This document shows, in pieces, positions 22,138 through 32,337 of a stretch of 64,000 nt of DNA (position 1 is its first letter; each line of letters opens with the position of its first letter). Location of the stretch: NCBI GenBank assembly GCA_963749705.1, contig CAVVNQ010000018.1:32001-96000 (forward strand), given 5' to 3'. The DNA is from an uncultured Chloroflexia bacterium. GTDB lineage: Bacteria; Chloroflexota; Limnocylindria; Limnocylindrales; CSP1-4. The translations under genes were made by a program, and so were the position numbers. The notes below the pieces were generated by a model that was given only the letters and a program-made list of their open reading frames with translations, was not told the DNA's origin and made no database searches.

Positions 22138-23654
22138 CGACGCTGCGTCCCGACGCGCCCGCGTCGCCGCCCGATGCGCCCGTGACGCCGGACGGGGCCG
22201 GCATCGGCGAGGGGCTGGCCGCGCTGCTTGATCGCGGTACCGGGTCGGCGGCCACGACACCGACGCTGACCGCAGCCACCGTCCCGGTCGCGGCGCTGGA
22301 TCCGATCGCGCTGTTCGCGGCCGCCGTCGAGGCGGATCTTGAGGCCGCCCTGTGGCTGCGCCCCGCCGAGCGAACGGCGCTGGTCGGGATCGGGCGGGCC
22401 TGGGCGGTCGAGGCCGAGGGCCCGGGCCGCTTCGTCGAGGCCGAGGCCGCCTGGCGCGCGCTCGTCGCTGGCGCCCGGATCGAACGAGGCGGCGACGCAT
22501 CGGGTGGCGGACCGCGCGGCGCGCCCGGTACTGCCCCCGGTGGCGCCCCCCTGCTGCTCGGGGGCCTCGGCTTCTCCGGCCGGCGCCCCGACGCGGCAGA
22601 CGCGTGGGGCCCGTTCGGGCCGTCATCGATGGTCCTCCCGTCGCTCCTGCTCGCGGCCGGACCCGATGGCAGCCAGGTGACGGCATCGGTGGTCGCCGCC
22701 GGCGCCGGCCCGGCCGATGCCCGGGCGCTCGAGCGCCAGTGGGAGCGTCTCGTGGATCGGGCACGGGACCTCGACCCCGGCCGGAACGGGATGATCGCCC
22801 GCCCCGTCTTTGCGCCGCTCGCGATCGACGGCGAGCAGCCGTCGCACGAGGCGTGGCGCCGCCTGGTCGGATCGTTTGCCGGCGCGGTCGGCCGCGGTCG
22901 CCTGGACAAGGTCGTCCTCGCGCGCCGCGTCGACCTTCGATCGCCGGTCGAGCTCGACGTCGCCAACGCGCTGCGCCGCCTCGCCGCCAGCGCGCCCGAG
23001 AGCACGACCTACGCGTTTCGTCGCGATGGCCGGACGTTCATCGGCGCGACACCGGAGCGGCTCGTGCAATCCGAGGGCCGCCGCTTCCGGACCGTGGCCG
23101 TTGCGGGCACGATCCGCCGCGGGGCGGACGCCGCCGAGGATGCTGCCCTCGCGGCCGAGCTGCTCGCGTCAGAGAAGAACCGCGAGGAGCAGGCGATCGT
23201 GGTCGCGACGATCCGCGAGCAGCTGGCACCGATCTCGGACACGCTCGAGGTCGCCGCGCGCCCATCGATCATGACCCTGCGGTTCGTCCAGCACCTGGTG
23301 ACCGAGATCACGGGCACGCTGCCCGAGGCGCACGGGCTGCTGTCCCTGGCCGGGCTGCTGCATCCGACGCCGGCCGTCGGCGGCGCGCCACGCGAGCTCG
23401 CCCTGGCCCTCCTTGACGAGCACGAGGGGTTCGATCGCGGCTGGTACGCGGGCCCGGTGGGCTGGCTCGGCGCGGATGGGGACGGCGAGCTGTGCGTCGC
23501 CCTCCGGTGCGGGATCGTGGACCGGACCCGGGCGACGCTGTTCGCGGGATGCGGCATCGTCGCGGACTCCGACCCGGACCAGGAGTGGGAGGAGTCCCGG
23601 ATCAAGCTGCGGGCGGTCGTCTCGGCGCTGGGGATCCCCGGGGAGTCGCTGTGA
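22134..23654 (+). CDS. menF: Isochorismate synthase
   Basis: KVVLAR, GATPERL, KNREEQ, LHPTPAVGG, DRGWYAGPVG and FAGCGIV; operon context. Confidence 0.9.
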   Translation: MTTLRPDAPASPPDAPVTPDGAGIGEGLAALLDRGTGSAATTPTLTAATVPVAALDPIALFAAAVEADLEAALWLRPAERTALVGIGRAWAVEAEGPGRFVEAEAAWRALVAGARIERGGDASGGGPRGAPGTAPGGAPLLLGGLGFSGRRPDAADAWGPFGPSSMVLPSLLLAAGPDGSQVTASVVAAGAGPADARALERQWERLVDRARDLDPGRNGMIARPVFAPLAIDGEQPSHEAWRRLVGSFAGAVGRGRLDKVVLARRVDLRSPVELDVANALRRLAASAPESTTYAFRRDGRTFIGATPERLVQSEGRRFRTVAVAGTIRRGADAAEDAALAAELLASEKNREEQAIVVATIREQLAPISDTLEVAARPSIMTLRFVQHLVTEITGTLPEAHGLLSLAGLLHPTPAVGGAPRELALALLDEHEGFDRGWYAGPVGWLGADGDGELCVALRCGIVDRTRATLFAGCGIVADSDPDQEWEESRIKLRAVVSALGIPGESL

Positions 23655-25420
23655 GCAACGCCGCCCTGCTGCGGGCGTTCGCGGCCGAGCTGGTCGCGGC
23701 AGGGGTCCGCGACGCCGTGATCTGCCCCGGCTCGCGATCGACGCCGCTGGCGCTTGCGCTGCGGTCGACGGCCGGGCTGCGCGTCCGCGTCCTGCTCGAC
23801 GAGCGAGCCGCCGGCTTCTTCGCGCTCGGGATGGCGCGGACATCGCGGCGACCGGTCGTGCTGCTGGCCACCTCGGGCACGGCGACGGTCGAGTTCTCGC
23901 CGGCGGTCGTCGAGGCCCGGCTGTCACGCGTGCCGCTGGTCGTCCTCACCGCGGACCGGCCGGCGGAGCTCCGCGACCGGGGCGCGCCGCAGACGATCGA
24001 CCAGGACCACCTCTACGGCCGCGCCGCCAAGTGGTACGCGGAGCTGCCGCTGCTCGATGACGATCCCGCGACCGCTGCCCACGTGCGGTCCGTTGCGGGC
24101 CGCACGGTCGCCACGGCCGCCGCGGGACCGGCGGGTCCGGTCCAGGTCAACGTCCCGTTCCGCGAGCCGCTGCTGCCCGACGGACCGCTCACGGGCGACC
24201 GGTCGAGGGCGCCGGCCGTTGCGTTCACGTCGGCGGTGACCGGGAGGCGCACGCTGGACGGCGAAGCCGTCGACCGCCTGGCCGGGCGGATCGGCGTCGC
24301 GGGTCGCGGCCTCATCCTGGCCGGCCCGGACGACGACCCTGACCTGCCCGCCGCGCTGGCGGCACTCGCCGATGCGACGGGGTTTCCGATCCTCGCCGAC
24401 CCGCTGTCCGGTGTCCGCGCCGGCCCGCACGACCGGATGATGGTGATCGCCCGCGGCGACCAGCTGTGCCGGCCGGGTCCCTGGATCGATGCCCACGTGC
24501 CGGACATCGTCATCCGTACCGGGGCCATGCCGACCTCCAAGCCCATCGTCCAGCTCCTCGAGCGCGCGCGACCGGACCTGATCGTGCTCGACGGGGATGA
24601 GGGCTGGCGCGAATCCGCGCTGTTGCCGGCGACGTTCGTGCATGCGGACCCGGCGACCACGGCCAGGGTCCTGACCGCGCAATTCGGTGGCGGGTGGGCC
24701 GGCAATTCCGTGTGGGGCTCCGACTGGCGGACCGCCGACGACGCCGCGAGCGAGGCCATGGAGGCGTGGCTGGCCGCGCTCGACGAGCCGTTCGAGGGGG
24801 CTCCGTTCCCCGCGCTCGCGGCCGCGCTCGCTGACGGCGGCGTCCTGTGGGCCGGCAACTCCATGCCCGTGCGCGACCTCGACGGCTGGCTGCCGTCGAC
24901 CGACCGGGCGATCACCGTCCGCTCGAACCGTGGCGCCAACGGGATCGACGGTGTGGTGTCCGCGGCGCTCGGGTCTGCGGCGGCCGCGGCCGATGCCGGT
25001 GGTGGACCGGTCGCCCTGGTGGTCGGCGACCTGTCGTTCCTCCACGACCTCAACGCGCTGGTCGCGGCGCGGCTCCACGGGCTGTCGGCGACGATCGTGC
25101 TGATCGACAACGACGGCGGCGGGATCTTCTCGTTCCTCCCCCAGGCGTCGGCGAACCTGCCCGAGGCGGGCCTCCCCGAGCACTACGAGGAGCTGTTCGG
25201 GACGCCGCACGGCATCGACGTCGGCCCGATCGTGACCGCGCTCGGCGGCGAGCATCGTCGCGTGGATGCCGCGACGCTTGGCCCGGAGATCGCGGCATCC
25301 GTCGGCCGGCCGGGTGTCCGGGTCCTGGAGCTGCGCACGGACCGGGCGCGCAACGTCGAGCTCCATGCACAGGTCGCCACCCTCGTGGCGTCGGCGCTGG
25401 CGACGCTGGTGGGCGGATGA
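23651..25420 (+). CDS. menD: SEPHCHC synthase
   Basis: CPGSRSTPL, DERAAGF, TSGTA, TADRP, NRGANGIDG, GDLSFLHD and NDGGGIF. Confidence 0.96.
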   Translation: MSNAALLRAFAAELVAAGVRDAVICPGSRSTPLALALRSTAGLRVRVLLDERAAGFFALGMARTSRRPVVLLATSGTATVEFSPAVVEARLSRVPLVVLTADRPAELRDRGAPQTIDQDHLYGRAAKWYAELPLLDDDPATAAHVRSVAGRTVATAAAGPAGPVQVNVPFREPLLPDGPLTGDRSRAPAVAFTSAVTGRRTLDGEAVDRLAGRIGVAGRGLILAGPDDDPDLPAALAALADATGFPILADPLSGVRAGPHDRMMVIARGDQLCRPGPWIDAHVPDIVIRTGAMPTSKPIVQLLERARPDLIVLDGDEGWRESALLPATFVHADPATTARVLTAQFGGGWAGNSVWGSDWRTADDAASEAMEAWLAALDEPFEGAPFPALAAALADGGVLWAGNSMPVRDLDGWLPSTDRAITVRSNRGANGIDGVVSAALGSAAAAADAGGGPVALVVGDLSFLHDLNALVAARLHGLSATIVLIDNDGGGIFSFLPQASANLPEAGLPEHYEELFGTPHGIDVGPIVTALGGEHRRVDAATLGPEIAASVGRPGVRVLELRTDRARNVELHAQVATLVASALATLVGG

Positions 25421-26235
25421 CCGCGATCGTCGTTGACGGGCTGCGCTGGGAGGCGCGGACGCGGGGCGCCGGGGCGCCGCTGCTCCTGCTCCACGGGTTC
25501 ACCGGCCGTGGGACGTCCTGGGGCGCCCATGCGACCGCATTTGCGCGGCAGTTCCGGGTGATCGTCGTGGATCTGCCCGGCCACGGCCGGTCCGGCATCG
25601 CGGAACCGGCCCGGCTGGCCATCGAACGCATGGCGGACGACCTCGCGTCGCTGCTCCGCCGACTCGAGGCCGCGCCGGCCCACGTCGTGGGCTACTCGAT
25701 GGGCGCCCGCCTGGCGCTCCGGCTCGCGGTCGCGCATCCCGCGGTCGTGGGCCGGCTCATCCTCGAGAGCCCGACCGCGGGGATCACGGACGCCGCGGAG
25801 CGGATCGCCCGCCGCGCCGCCGACGATGCCCTGGCGGACCGCCTCGAGCGGGAGGGGACCGCGGACTTCGTCACCGCCTGGGAACGCAGCCCGGTGTTCG
25901 CGTCCCATGCCGCGCTCGCGCCGGCGGTCGTCGCCCGGCAGCGGACGATCCGTCTCGCCAACGACCCGATCGGCCTCGCCGCCAGCCTTCGTGGCGCCGG
26001 CCAGGGGTCGATGGAGCCGCTGCTCGACCGGCTCGCGACCGTCCCGGCACCGACGCTCGTCATCGCCGGCTCGCTCGACGACCGCGGCCTGCCGCGCGCC
26101 GAGCAGGTCGCGCGGGCGATCCCAAAGGCCCGGCTCGCGGTCATCGAGGGCGCCGGCCACACGCCGCACCTCGAGCAACCGCGCCGCTTCCGTCGTCTCG
26201 TCCTCGAGTTCCTGAAGGAGGTTCCCGCCGCATGA
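25417..26235 (+). CDS. menH: SHCHC synthase (alpha/beta hydrolase)
   Basis: LLHGFTG, DLPGHG, GYSMGAR and AGHTPHLE; lies between menD and menB. Confidence 0.9.
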   Translation: MTAIVVDGLRWEARTRGAGAPLLLLHGFTGRGTSWGAHATAFARQFRVIVVDLPGHGRSGIAEPARLAIERMADDLASLLRRLEAAPAHVVGYSMGARLALRLAVAHPAVVGRLILESPTAGITDAAERIARRAADDALADRLEREGTADFVTAWERSPVFASHAALAPAVVARQRTIRLANDPIGLAASLRGAGQGSMEPLLDRLATVPAPTLVIAGSLDDRGLPRAEQVARAIPKARLAVIEGAGHTPHLEQPRRFRRLVLEFLKEVPAA

Positions 26236-27062
26236 CCACGCCCGTCACCTGGACGCCCGTCACCGAGTACCGCGACATCCGGTACGAGCACTCGGGCACC
26301 GGGATCGCCAAGGTGACCATCAACCGGCCCGAGGTCCACAACGCCTTCCGCCCGCAGACGGTCCAGGAGCTGATCGACGCGTTCGCGCGGATCCGCGACG
26401 ACGCATCCATCGGCTGCGTCCTGCTGACCGGCGAGGGCGACCGGGCGTTCTGCTCGGGCGGCGACCAGAAGTACAAGAGCCCGGCGGGTGGCTACGTCGG
26501 CGAGGACGGGATCGCGCGCCTCAACGTGCTCGATCTCCAGCGCCAGATCCGCTCGCTGCCCGTGCCCGTGATCGCGCTGGTCAACGGGTACGCGATCGGC
26601 GGCGGGCACGTCCTCCACGTCGTGTGCGACCTGTCGATCGCCGGCGACAACGCGATCTTCGGCCAGGTCGGGCCACGGGTGGGGAGCTTCGATGCCGGCT
26701 TCGGCGTCGGCCTGCTGGCCCGGCTGGTGGGCGACAAGAAGGCCAAGGAGATCTGGTTCCTGTGCCGCCAGTACTCGGCGGACGAGGCACTCGCCATGAA
26801 CCTCGTCAACACGGTGGTGCCGCTGGCCGACCTCGAGGCCGAGGGCGTCCGGTGGGCCGACGAGATCCTGGCGATGAGCCCGACGGCGATCCGGTTCCTC
26901 AAGTCGGCGTTCCTCGTCGCGACCGACGGGCTGGCCGGGCTCCAGGAGTTCGCGGGCAACGCCACCGGGCTGTACTACACGACCGACGAGGCGCACGAGG
27001 GCTCGCGCGCCTTCCTGGCCAAGCAGCCGGCCGACTACCGCAAGTACCCGCGGCGACCCTGA
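26232..27062 (+). CDS. menB: 1,4-dihydroxy-2-naphthoyl-CoA synthase
   Basis: [29 protein letters not shown] and VGSFDAG. Confidence 0.97.
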   Translation: MTTPVTWTPVTEYRDIRYEHSGTGIAKVTINRPEVHNAFRPQTVQELIDAFARIRDDASIGCVLLTGEGDRAFCSGGDQKYKSPAGGYVGEDGIARLNVLDLQRQIRSLPVPVIALVNGYAIGGGHVLHVVCDLSIAGDNAIFGQVGPRVGSFDAGFGVGLLARLVGDKKAKEIWFLCRQYSADEALAMNLVNTVVPLADLEAEGVRWADEILAMSPTAIRFLKSAFLVATDGLAGLQEFAGNATGLYYTTDEAHEGSRAFLAKQPADYRKYPRRP

Positions 27063-28039
27063 TGGACGCGTCGCCGGCAGCCACGGCCACGCGCCCGTCG
27101 ATGCTCCGGATCTGGATCCTCGCGGCGCGGCCGGCGACGCTGCCCGCCGCGCTGGCCGGGGTCGCCGTGGGCATCGGCGCCGCGCTGGCGGCAGGCGCCG
27201 CCTTCCGCCTCGACACCGCGCTGGGCTGCACCGCCGTCGGGCTGCTCCTCCAGGTGCTGGCCAACTTCGCCAACGACCTGTCCGACTTTCGCCGCGGCGC
27301 CGACACGCCGGACCGCACGGGTCCGGTCCGGGTCGCCGCGGCGGGCCTGGTCACCGAGCGCCAGCTCGAGGTCGCGATCGCGATCGTCATCGGCATCGCC
27401 GGGCTGGTGGGCCTGTGGCTCGCGGTCGTCGGTGGCCCGGTGCTGATCGGGCTGGGGGTGCTGGCGGTGATCGCCGCGCTTGCATACACGGGCGGGCCGT
27501 GGCCGTACGGGTATCGCGCCCTGGGCGAGGTGTTCGTGTTCGTGTTCTTCGGGCTCGTCTCGGTCATCGGCACCGCGTACCTCCAGGCACTTCGGCTTGA
27601 CCCGTTGTTCGTGGCCGCGGCCATCCCGCCGGGGGCGCTGATCACGGCGATCCTGGTCGTCAACAACCTGCGCGACATCCCGACCGACGCCGCGGCCGGC
27701 AAGCGGACGCTCGCGGTGGTCCTGGGCGCGGGCGCGACGAAGGTGGAGTACGCGGGCCTGCTCGCGATCGCCTACCTGGTCCCAGCCCTGCTGGTGGCGT
27801 TGTGGCTGGTCGGCGCCGGGCCGTCGGGGCGGTCCGTCCCGCTCGCCCCGTTCATGCTCCTGCCCCTGCTCACGCTGCCGATGGCCCGGCCCCTGCTGCG
27901 CGTGGTCCGCGGGTTCCGCGAGCCGCGCGAGCTCAACCTGGTGCTCAAGGGGACCGCGCGGCTGTCACTCGTGTTCTCGCTGCTGTTCGCGCTGGGGCTG
28001 GCGATCGCAGGGGCGATGGCCGGGGGAACGGCGGGTTGA
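27062..28039 (+). CDS. menA: DHNA polyprenyltransferase
   Basis: AARPATLPA, NFANDLSD...GAD, YTGGPWPYGY and NNLRDIPTD..AGKRTL. Confidence 0.95.
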   Translation: MDASPAATATRPSMLRIWILAARPATLPAALAGVAVGIGAALAAGAAFRLDTALGCTAVGLLLQVLANFANDLSDFRRGADTPDRTGPVRVAAAGLVTERQLEVAIAIVIGIAGLVGLWLAVVGGPVLIGLGVLAVIAALAYTGGPWPYGYRALGEVFVFVFFGLVSVIGTAYLQALRLDPLFVAAAIPPGALITAILVVNNLRDIPTDAAAGKRTLAVVLGAGATKVEYAGLLAIAYLVPALLVALWLVGAGPSGRSVPLAPFMLLPLLTLPMARPLLRVVRGFREPRELNLVLKGTARLSLVFSLLFALGLAIAGAMAGGTAG

Positions 28040-29157
28040 CCGCCATCATGTCGATCCGCGCGGACAAGGTTCGCGTCCCGTTTCGCCGCCCGTTCGTGAC
28101 CGCGGCCGGGATGTGGACGGCGCGCGAGGCCTGGATCATCCGGCTGGTCGATGCCGATGGGCGAACCGGCGTGGGCGAGGCCGTGCTCGAGCCGGCTGAC
28201 GGCGAGACCGCGTCGACCGTGCTCGACCACCTGGTCCGCGAGGCGGCTTCGATCGGCCCCGGCGACCAGCTGCCGGACGCGGTCGAGCTCGAGGGTCACG
28301 GTGGGCCCGGACGGGCGCTTCGGGCGGCGATCGACTCGGCCCGGCTCGACCTCGAGCGGACCACGACCCGTAGCCTGGGTGCCGACGGGGCGGGCATCGG
28401 GGTCAACGCCACGATCGCATCGCTCGGGCCGAAGGCCTCGGCCGAGGCGGCGCGCCAGGGGATGGAAGCCGGGTTCACCACGTTCAAGCTCAAGGCGGGC
28501 GCCGAGCGCGAGACCGAGGCCCTGGTCGAGCGGGTGCGCGCGGTCCGTGAGGCCGTCGGGCCCGACGTGCGGCTGCGCCTGGACGTCAACGGTGCCTGGG
28601 ACCTCGAGACAGCGACGGACCGGCTCGAGGCGATCGGCCGGTTCGGGCTCGAGTACGTCGAGCAGCCACTGGCGGGCGACGACGAGGCCGCGCTCGCCGA
28701 GCTTCGACGCCGGGTGACGACGCCGATCGCCGCCGACGAGTCGGTGACGTCGCTCCGGACGGCGCGGATCCTGCTCGACGCGGCCGCGGTCGACGTCCTC
28801 GTGGTCAAGCCGGCCCGCGTGGGCGGTCCGGTCGCGGCGGCCGAGATCGCGGAGCTCGCGGCGGATCGCGGGGTGCCCGTGGTCGTCAGCACGCTGTTCG
28901 AGACGGGGATCGGGATCGCGGCGGGGCTGGCTGCTGCCGCGGCGCTGCCCGAGGTGGCGTCGTTGCGACTCGAGCACGCGCCCGATCACGGCCTGGCGAC
29001 CGCGGGGCTGCTCGAGCACGACCTGCTCCTCGATGGGCTGTTCCTCGATTCGGGTCGCATGTGGGTACCCGGCGGTCCGACGGCGGGCGGTCTGGGGATC
29101 GAGGTCGACGAGCGCGCGCTGGCGCGGTTCCGCGTCGAATCCGTGGGGGCGGTCTGA
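28036..29157 (+). CDS. menC: o-succinylbenzoate synthase (enolase superfamily)
   Basis: FKLK, LDVNGAW, EQPL, AADES and VVKP. Start is TTG 28036 or ATG 28048. Confidence 0.88.
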   Translation: MTAIMSIRADKVRVPFRRPFVTAAGMWTAREAWIIRLVDADGRTGVGEAVLEPADGETASTVLDHLVREAASIGPGDQLPDAVELEGHGGPGRALRAAIDSARLDLERTTTRSLGADGAGIGVNATIASLGPKASAEAARQGMEAGFTTFKLKAGAERETEALVERVRAVREAVGPDVRLRLDVNGAWDLETATDRLEAIGRFGLEYVEQPLAGDDEAALAELRRRVTTPIAADESVTSLRTARILLDAAAVDVLVVKPARVGGPVAAAEIAELAADRGVPVVVSTLFETGIGIAAGLAAAAALPEVASLRLEHAPDHGLATAGLLEHDLLLDGLFLDSGRMWVPGGPTAGGLGIEVDERALARFRVESVGAV

Positions 29158-31568
29158 TGGGCGATCGGCCGGCGGGTCGAGGGCCCTGGGCGCCGGACCG
29201 GCTCGTCCGCGCGCACGCGGCCGACGCGGGTGGCGCGCTCGCGATCATGGATCGATCCGGCTCGCTGACCTGGGCCGGGCTCGACGCGCGGTGCGAGGCC
29301 GCCGCGGGCGCGGTCCGGGCGGCGGGCGGCGGACCCGGAGCGATCGTCGGCGTCGTCGCAGAGGCATCCGCGGACACGATCGCGACCATGCTCGGCGTGC
29401 TGCGCGCGGGCGCGATCCTGGCGCCGATCCCGGCCGGGATGGTGACCCGGGAGATCCACGCCGCGCTCGGCGTGCTCGAGCCTGCGCTCGTCGTGGCATC
29501 GGAGCGCTCTGGCGCGACCGTATCCAGCGCCGGATACCCGGTCCTGGCGTTCGAGGCGGTCCGGTCCGGGCGACCCGACGAGGTCGCCGACGCGCCGTTT
29601 GATCCGGAGTCTCCGGCCGTCATCGTGCTGACGTCCGGGACCACGGGCCGGCCGCGGGGCGTCGTCCTGTCCGGCCGCGCGATGGCCGCGAGCGCCGATG
29701 CGTGGCTCGCCGGTCTGCCCCCCGCGACGGGCTGGCTGCTGGCGCTCGGGCTGGGGCATGTCGCCGGTCTCGGCGTCGTGTGGCGGGCGATCGTCGACCG
29801 GGTCCCGATCCGGATCGCCGCAGCCGGCGATCCGGGCGCGCAGCTCGCGGCGCTCGACGCGGAGCCGGCGCCCAGCCACGTCTCGCTGGTTCCGGCGCAG
29901 CTCGCCCGGCTCCTCGACACGGCCGCGAACGCGCCCGCCCCGCCGTCGCTCCGGGCGGTGCTGCTCGGTGGCGGCCCGATCCCGCCCGCGCTGGTGACCC
30001 GGGCCGTCGGCGCCGGATGGCCGGTCGTCCCGACGTACGGCCTGTCCGAGACGGCGTCCGGGGCGACCGCCCTGCCGACGGCCGACGCGCTCGAGCATCC
30101 CGACAGCGCGGGCCGGCCGCTGCCGGGCGTCCGGGTGACGATCGATGCCGCCGACGCGGACGGGGTGGGGGAGATCCTGGTCGAGACCGAAAGCCGGTTC
30201 AGCGGGTACCTGGGCGAGGAGGCGGGCACCCGCGACGCGGCGAGCACGGACGAAGCCTCGGCCGCGAAGGAGGCTTCGGCCGCGGCCGTCGCCCTTGCGC
30301 CGTCCACCGACCGCGAAGCCGGACCGGTGCGCACGGGCGATCTCGGCCGCCTGGACGCCGACGGCCGCCTGTTCATCGTCGATCGCCGCGTCGACCGCAT
30401 CGTCCGCGGCGGGCAGAACATCGCGCCGGCCGAGGTCGAGGCCGTGCTGCTCGCCAACCCGGCGATCGCAGATGCGGCCGTGGTCGCGCGCCCGGACGAG
30501 CGGCGGGGTCACGTGCCCGTGGCCGCCGTCGTGCTCCGCCCACGAGGCGCGGACACCATCGACGACGATGCGCTCGATCGCCACTGCCGGCGTTTGCTCG
30601 CGGGCTACAAGGTGCCGGTCGCGTTCACCCGGCTGGACACCCTGCCCCGCACGACGGGCGGCAAGCTGCGCCGCGACGCCGTCCGGGCCCTGCTCGCCGG
30701 CGCGCCGGCGGGGGTGCTGGCGCGGCCCGGTGGTGACGAGATCGGCTGGCGGGTCAGCGGCACGGGCGAGCTGCCGATCGTCCTGCTCCCGGGCACGCTG
30801 TCGACCGCCGCCCAGCTCGACCGCCTCGCCGCAGCGCTGGCGGCGCCCGGGGATGTCGCCGTCCACGCGCTCGACCGGCGCGGCACCGGCACGGGACGCC
30901 TGGACCCGCCGCGTCCGCTCGACGTCGCCGTCCACGTCGCCGATCTCGTCGCGTACCTCGACGCGCGAGGCATCGAACGGGCCGTCCTGGTCGGCGTGAG
31001 CTTCGGCGGCGTGCTGGCGCTCGAGGCGGCCGCCCGGTGCCCGGAGCGCGTCTTGGCCGTCGTGGCGTACGAGCCACCGTATGGCCCGGTCGCCGACGAC
31101 GCGAGCCGGCGATGGTTCGCGGAGGTCGCCGAGGCGGTGGAGCGGGCGCACCGGGCGGACGGGGCGCCCGCGGCGGCCGAGACCTTCCTGCGCGCGGTCG
31201 CCGGCGACGACGCCTGGAGCGGCCTCCCCGCGCGGTCGCGGACCTTCCTCGCGAGCCAGGGGGACGGCGCGCTCGCCGACGCCGGGTTGTTCGGGCTCGA
31301 CCCCGACGGGCTGGCGACGATCCGTGTTCCGGTGACCATCCTCAACGGGAGCGCGAGCGAACCCTTCTACGCCCCGATCGCCGACGCGCTGGCCGCCCGG
31401 ATCCCCGGGGCGATCCGCCGGACGCTCGACGGTCTGGCGCACCCGTCGCCCATCACCAGCCCGGCGCGCGTCGCCGCCGCCGTGCGAGCGGCGCTCGCCT
31501 CGGCCGGCCTCATCCCCGTCGCCGGCGTCCCCGACCCCGTCGCCCCTGCCGCGGAGCCTTCCCGATGA
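29157..31568 (+). CDS. menE: o-succinylbenzoate-CoA ligase fused to a C-terminal alpha/beta hydrolase
   Basis: LTSGTTGRPRG, TYGLSET, RTGDLG and GKLRR (about 30660), then a hydrolase domain from about 30715 with LLPGTLS, DRRGTG, GVSFGG and LAHPSP. Confidence 0.88.
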   Translation: MGDRPAGRGPWAPDRLVRAHAADAGGALAIMDRSGSLTWAGLDARCEAAAGAVRAAGGGPGAIVGVVAEASADTIATMLGVLRAGAILAPIPAGMVTREIHAALGVLEPALVVASERSGATVSSAGYPVLAFEAVRSGRPDEVADAPFDPESPAVIVLTSGTTGRPRGVVLSGRAMAASADAWLAGLPPATGWLLALGLGHVAGLGVVWRAIVDRVPIRIAAAGDPGAQLAALDAEPAPSHVSLVPAQLARLLDTAANAPAPPSLRAVLLGGGPIPPALVTRAVGAGWPVVPTYGLSETASGATALPTADALEHPDSAGRPLPGVRVTIDAADADGVGEILVETESRFSGYLGEEAGTRDAASTDEASAAKEASAAAVALAPSTDREAGPVRTGDLGRLDADGRLFIVDRRVDRIVRGGQNIAPAEVEAVLLANPAIADAAVVARPDERRGHVPVAAVVLRPRGADTIDDDALDRHCRRLLAGYKVPVAFTRLDTLPRTTGGKLRRDAVRALLAGAPAGVLARPGGDEIGWRVSGTGELPIVLLPGTLSTAAQLDRLAAALAAPGDVAVHALDRRGTGTGRLDPPRPLDVAVHVADLVAYLDARGIERAVLVGVSFGGVLALEAAARCPERVLAVVAYEPPYGPVADDASRRWFAEVAEAVERAHRADGAPAAAETFLRAVAGDDAWSGLPARSRTFLASQGDGALADAGLFGLDPDGLATIRVPVTILNGSASEPFYAPIADALAARIPGAIRRTLDGLAHPSPITSPARVAAAVRAALASAGLIPVAGVPDPVAPAAEPSR

Positions 31569-32317
31569 CCACGCCGCTGCCCCCGGATCACACCCCGACG
31601 GGCGCCTCGACCGGCGCCGGCAACGCCGCGGCGCCGCCCGAGGTCCAGGTCATGTTCGACCGCATCGCGTCGCGCTACGACGTGATGAACCTGCTGATCT
31701 CGGCGCTCCAGGAGCCGCGCTGGCGTCGCCGCCTGGTCACGGACGCGCGGCTTCGGCCGGGCGGATCGGCGCTCGATGTCGCGTCCGGGACGGGCAAGGT
31801 TGCGGCCGACCTCCACCGCCGCGTCCAGCCCGGCGGCCGGGTCCTGGGCGTGGATCTGTCGCCCGCGATGACCGCGGTGGCGCAGCGGCGATACGCGGAT
31901 CGAGCCGGGCTCGAGTACGTCGTCGGCGATGCGCTCGCGCTGCCGACCGACGACGGCACCTTCGACGCCGCGACGATCGCGTTCGGGATGCGCAACCTGC
32001 CCGACTACCGCCGCGGGTTCGCCGAGATGGCGCGCTCGGTCCGGCCGGGCGGCAGGGTGCTGTGCCTGGAGATCGCGCGCCCGCGCAGCCGGCTGGCCCG
32101 GTTCATGCGCTGGTGGTTCGACCGCATCGTCCCGGTGATCGGCCGGCTGGCCGGCCAGGGCGCCGCGTACAGCTATCTCGTGCGCAGCGTCCAGGCGTAC
32201 CCGGCGCCGGAGCGGATCGCCGAGATCATGCGGGAGGCAGGGCTGGTCGACGTGACCTGGCGGGGCATGACCGGCGGCATCGTCACGCTCCACGAGGGGA
32301 CCGTTCCGGGTCGCTGA
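31565..32317 (+). CDS. menG: Demethylmenaquinone methyltransferase (UbiE/MenG)
   Basis: MFDRIASRYDVMN, LDVASGTG, AFGMRN and AYSYLVRS. Confidence 0.93.
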   Translation: MTTPLPPDHTPTGASTGAGNAAAPPEVQVMFDRIASRYDVMNLLISALQEPRWRRRLVTDARLRPGGSALDVASGTGKVAADLHRRVQPGGRVLGVDLSPAMTAVAQRRYADRAGLEYVVGDALALPTDDGTFDAATIAFGMRNLPDYRRGFAEMARSVRPGGRVLCLEIARPRSRLARFMRWWFDRIVPVIGRLAGQGAAYSYLVRSVQAYPAPERIAEIMREAGLVDVTWRGMTGGIVTLHEGTVPGR

Positions 32318-32337
32318 CCGCCGGTATGCTCCGCCGG

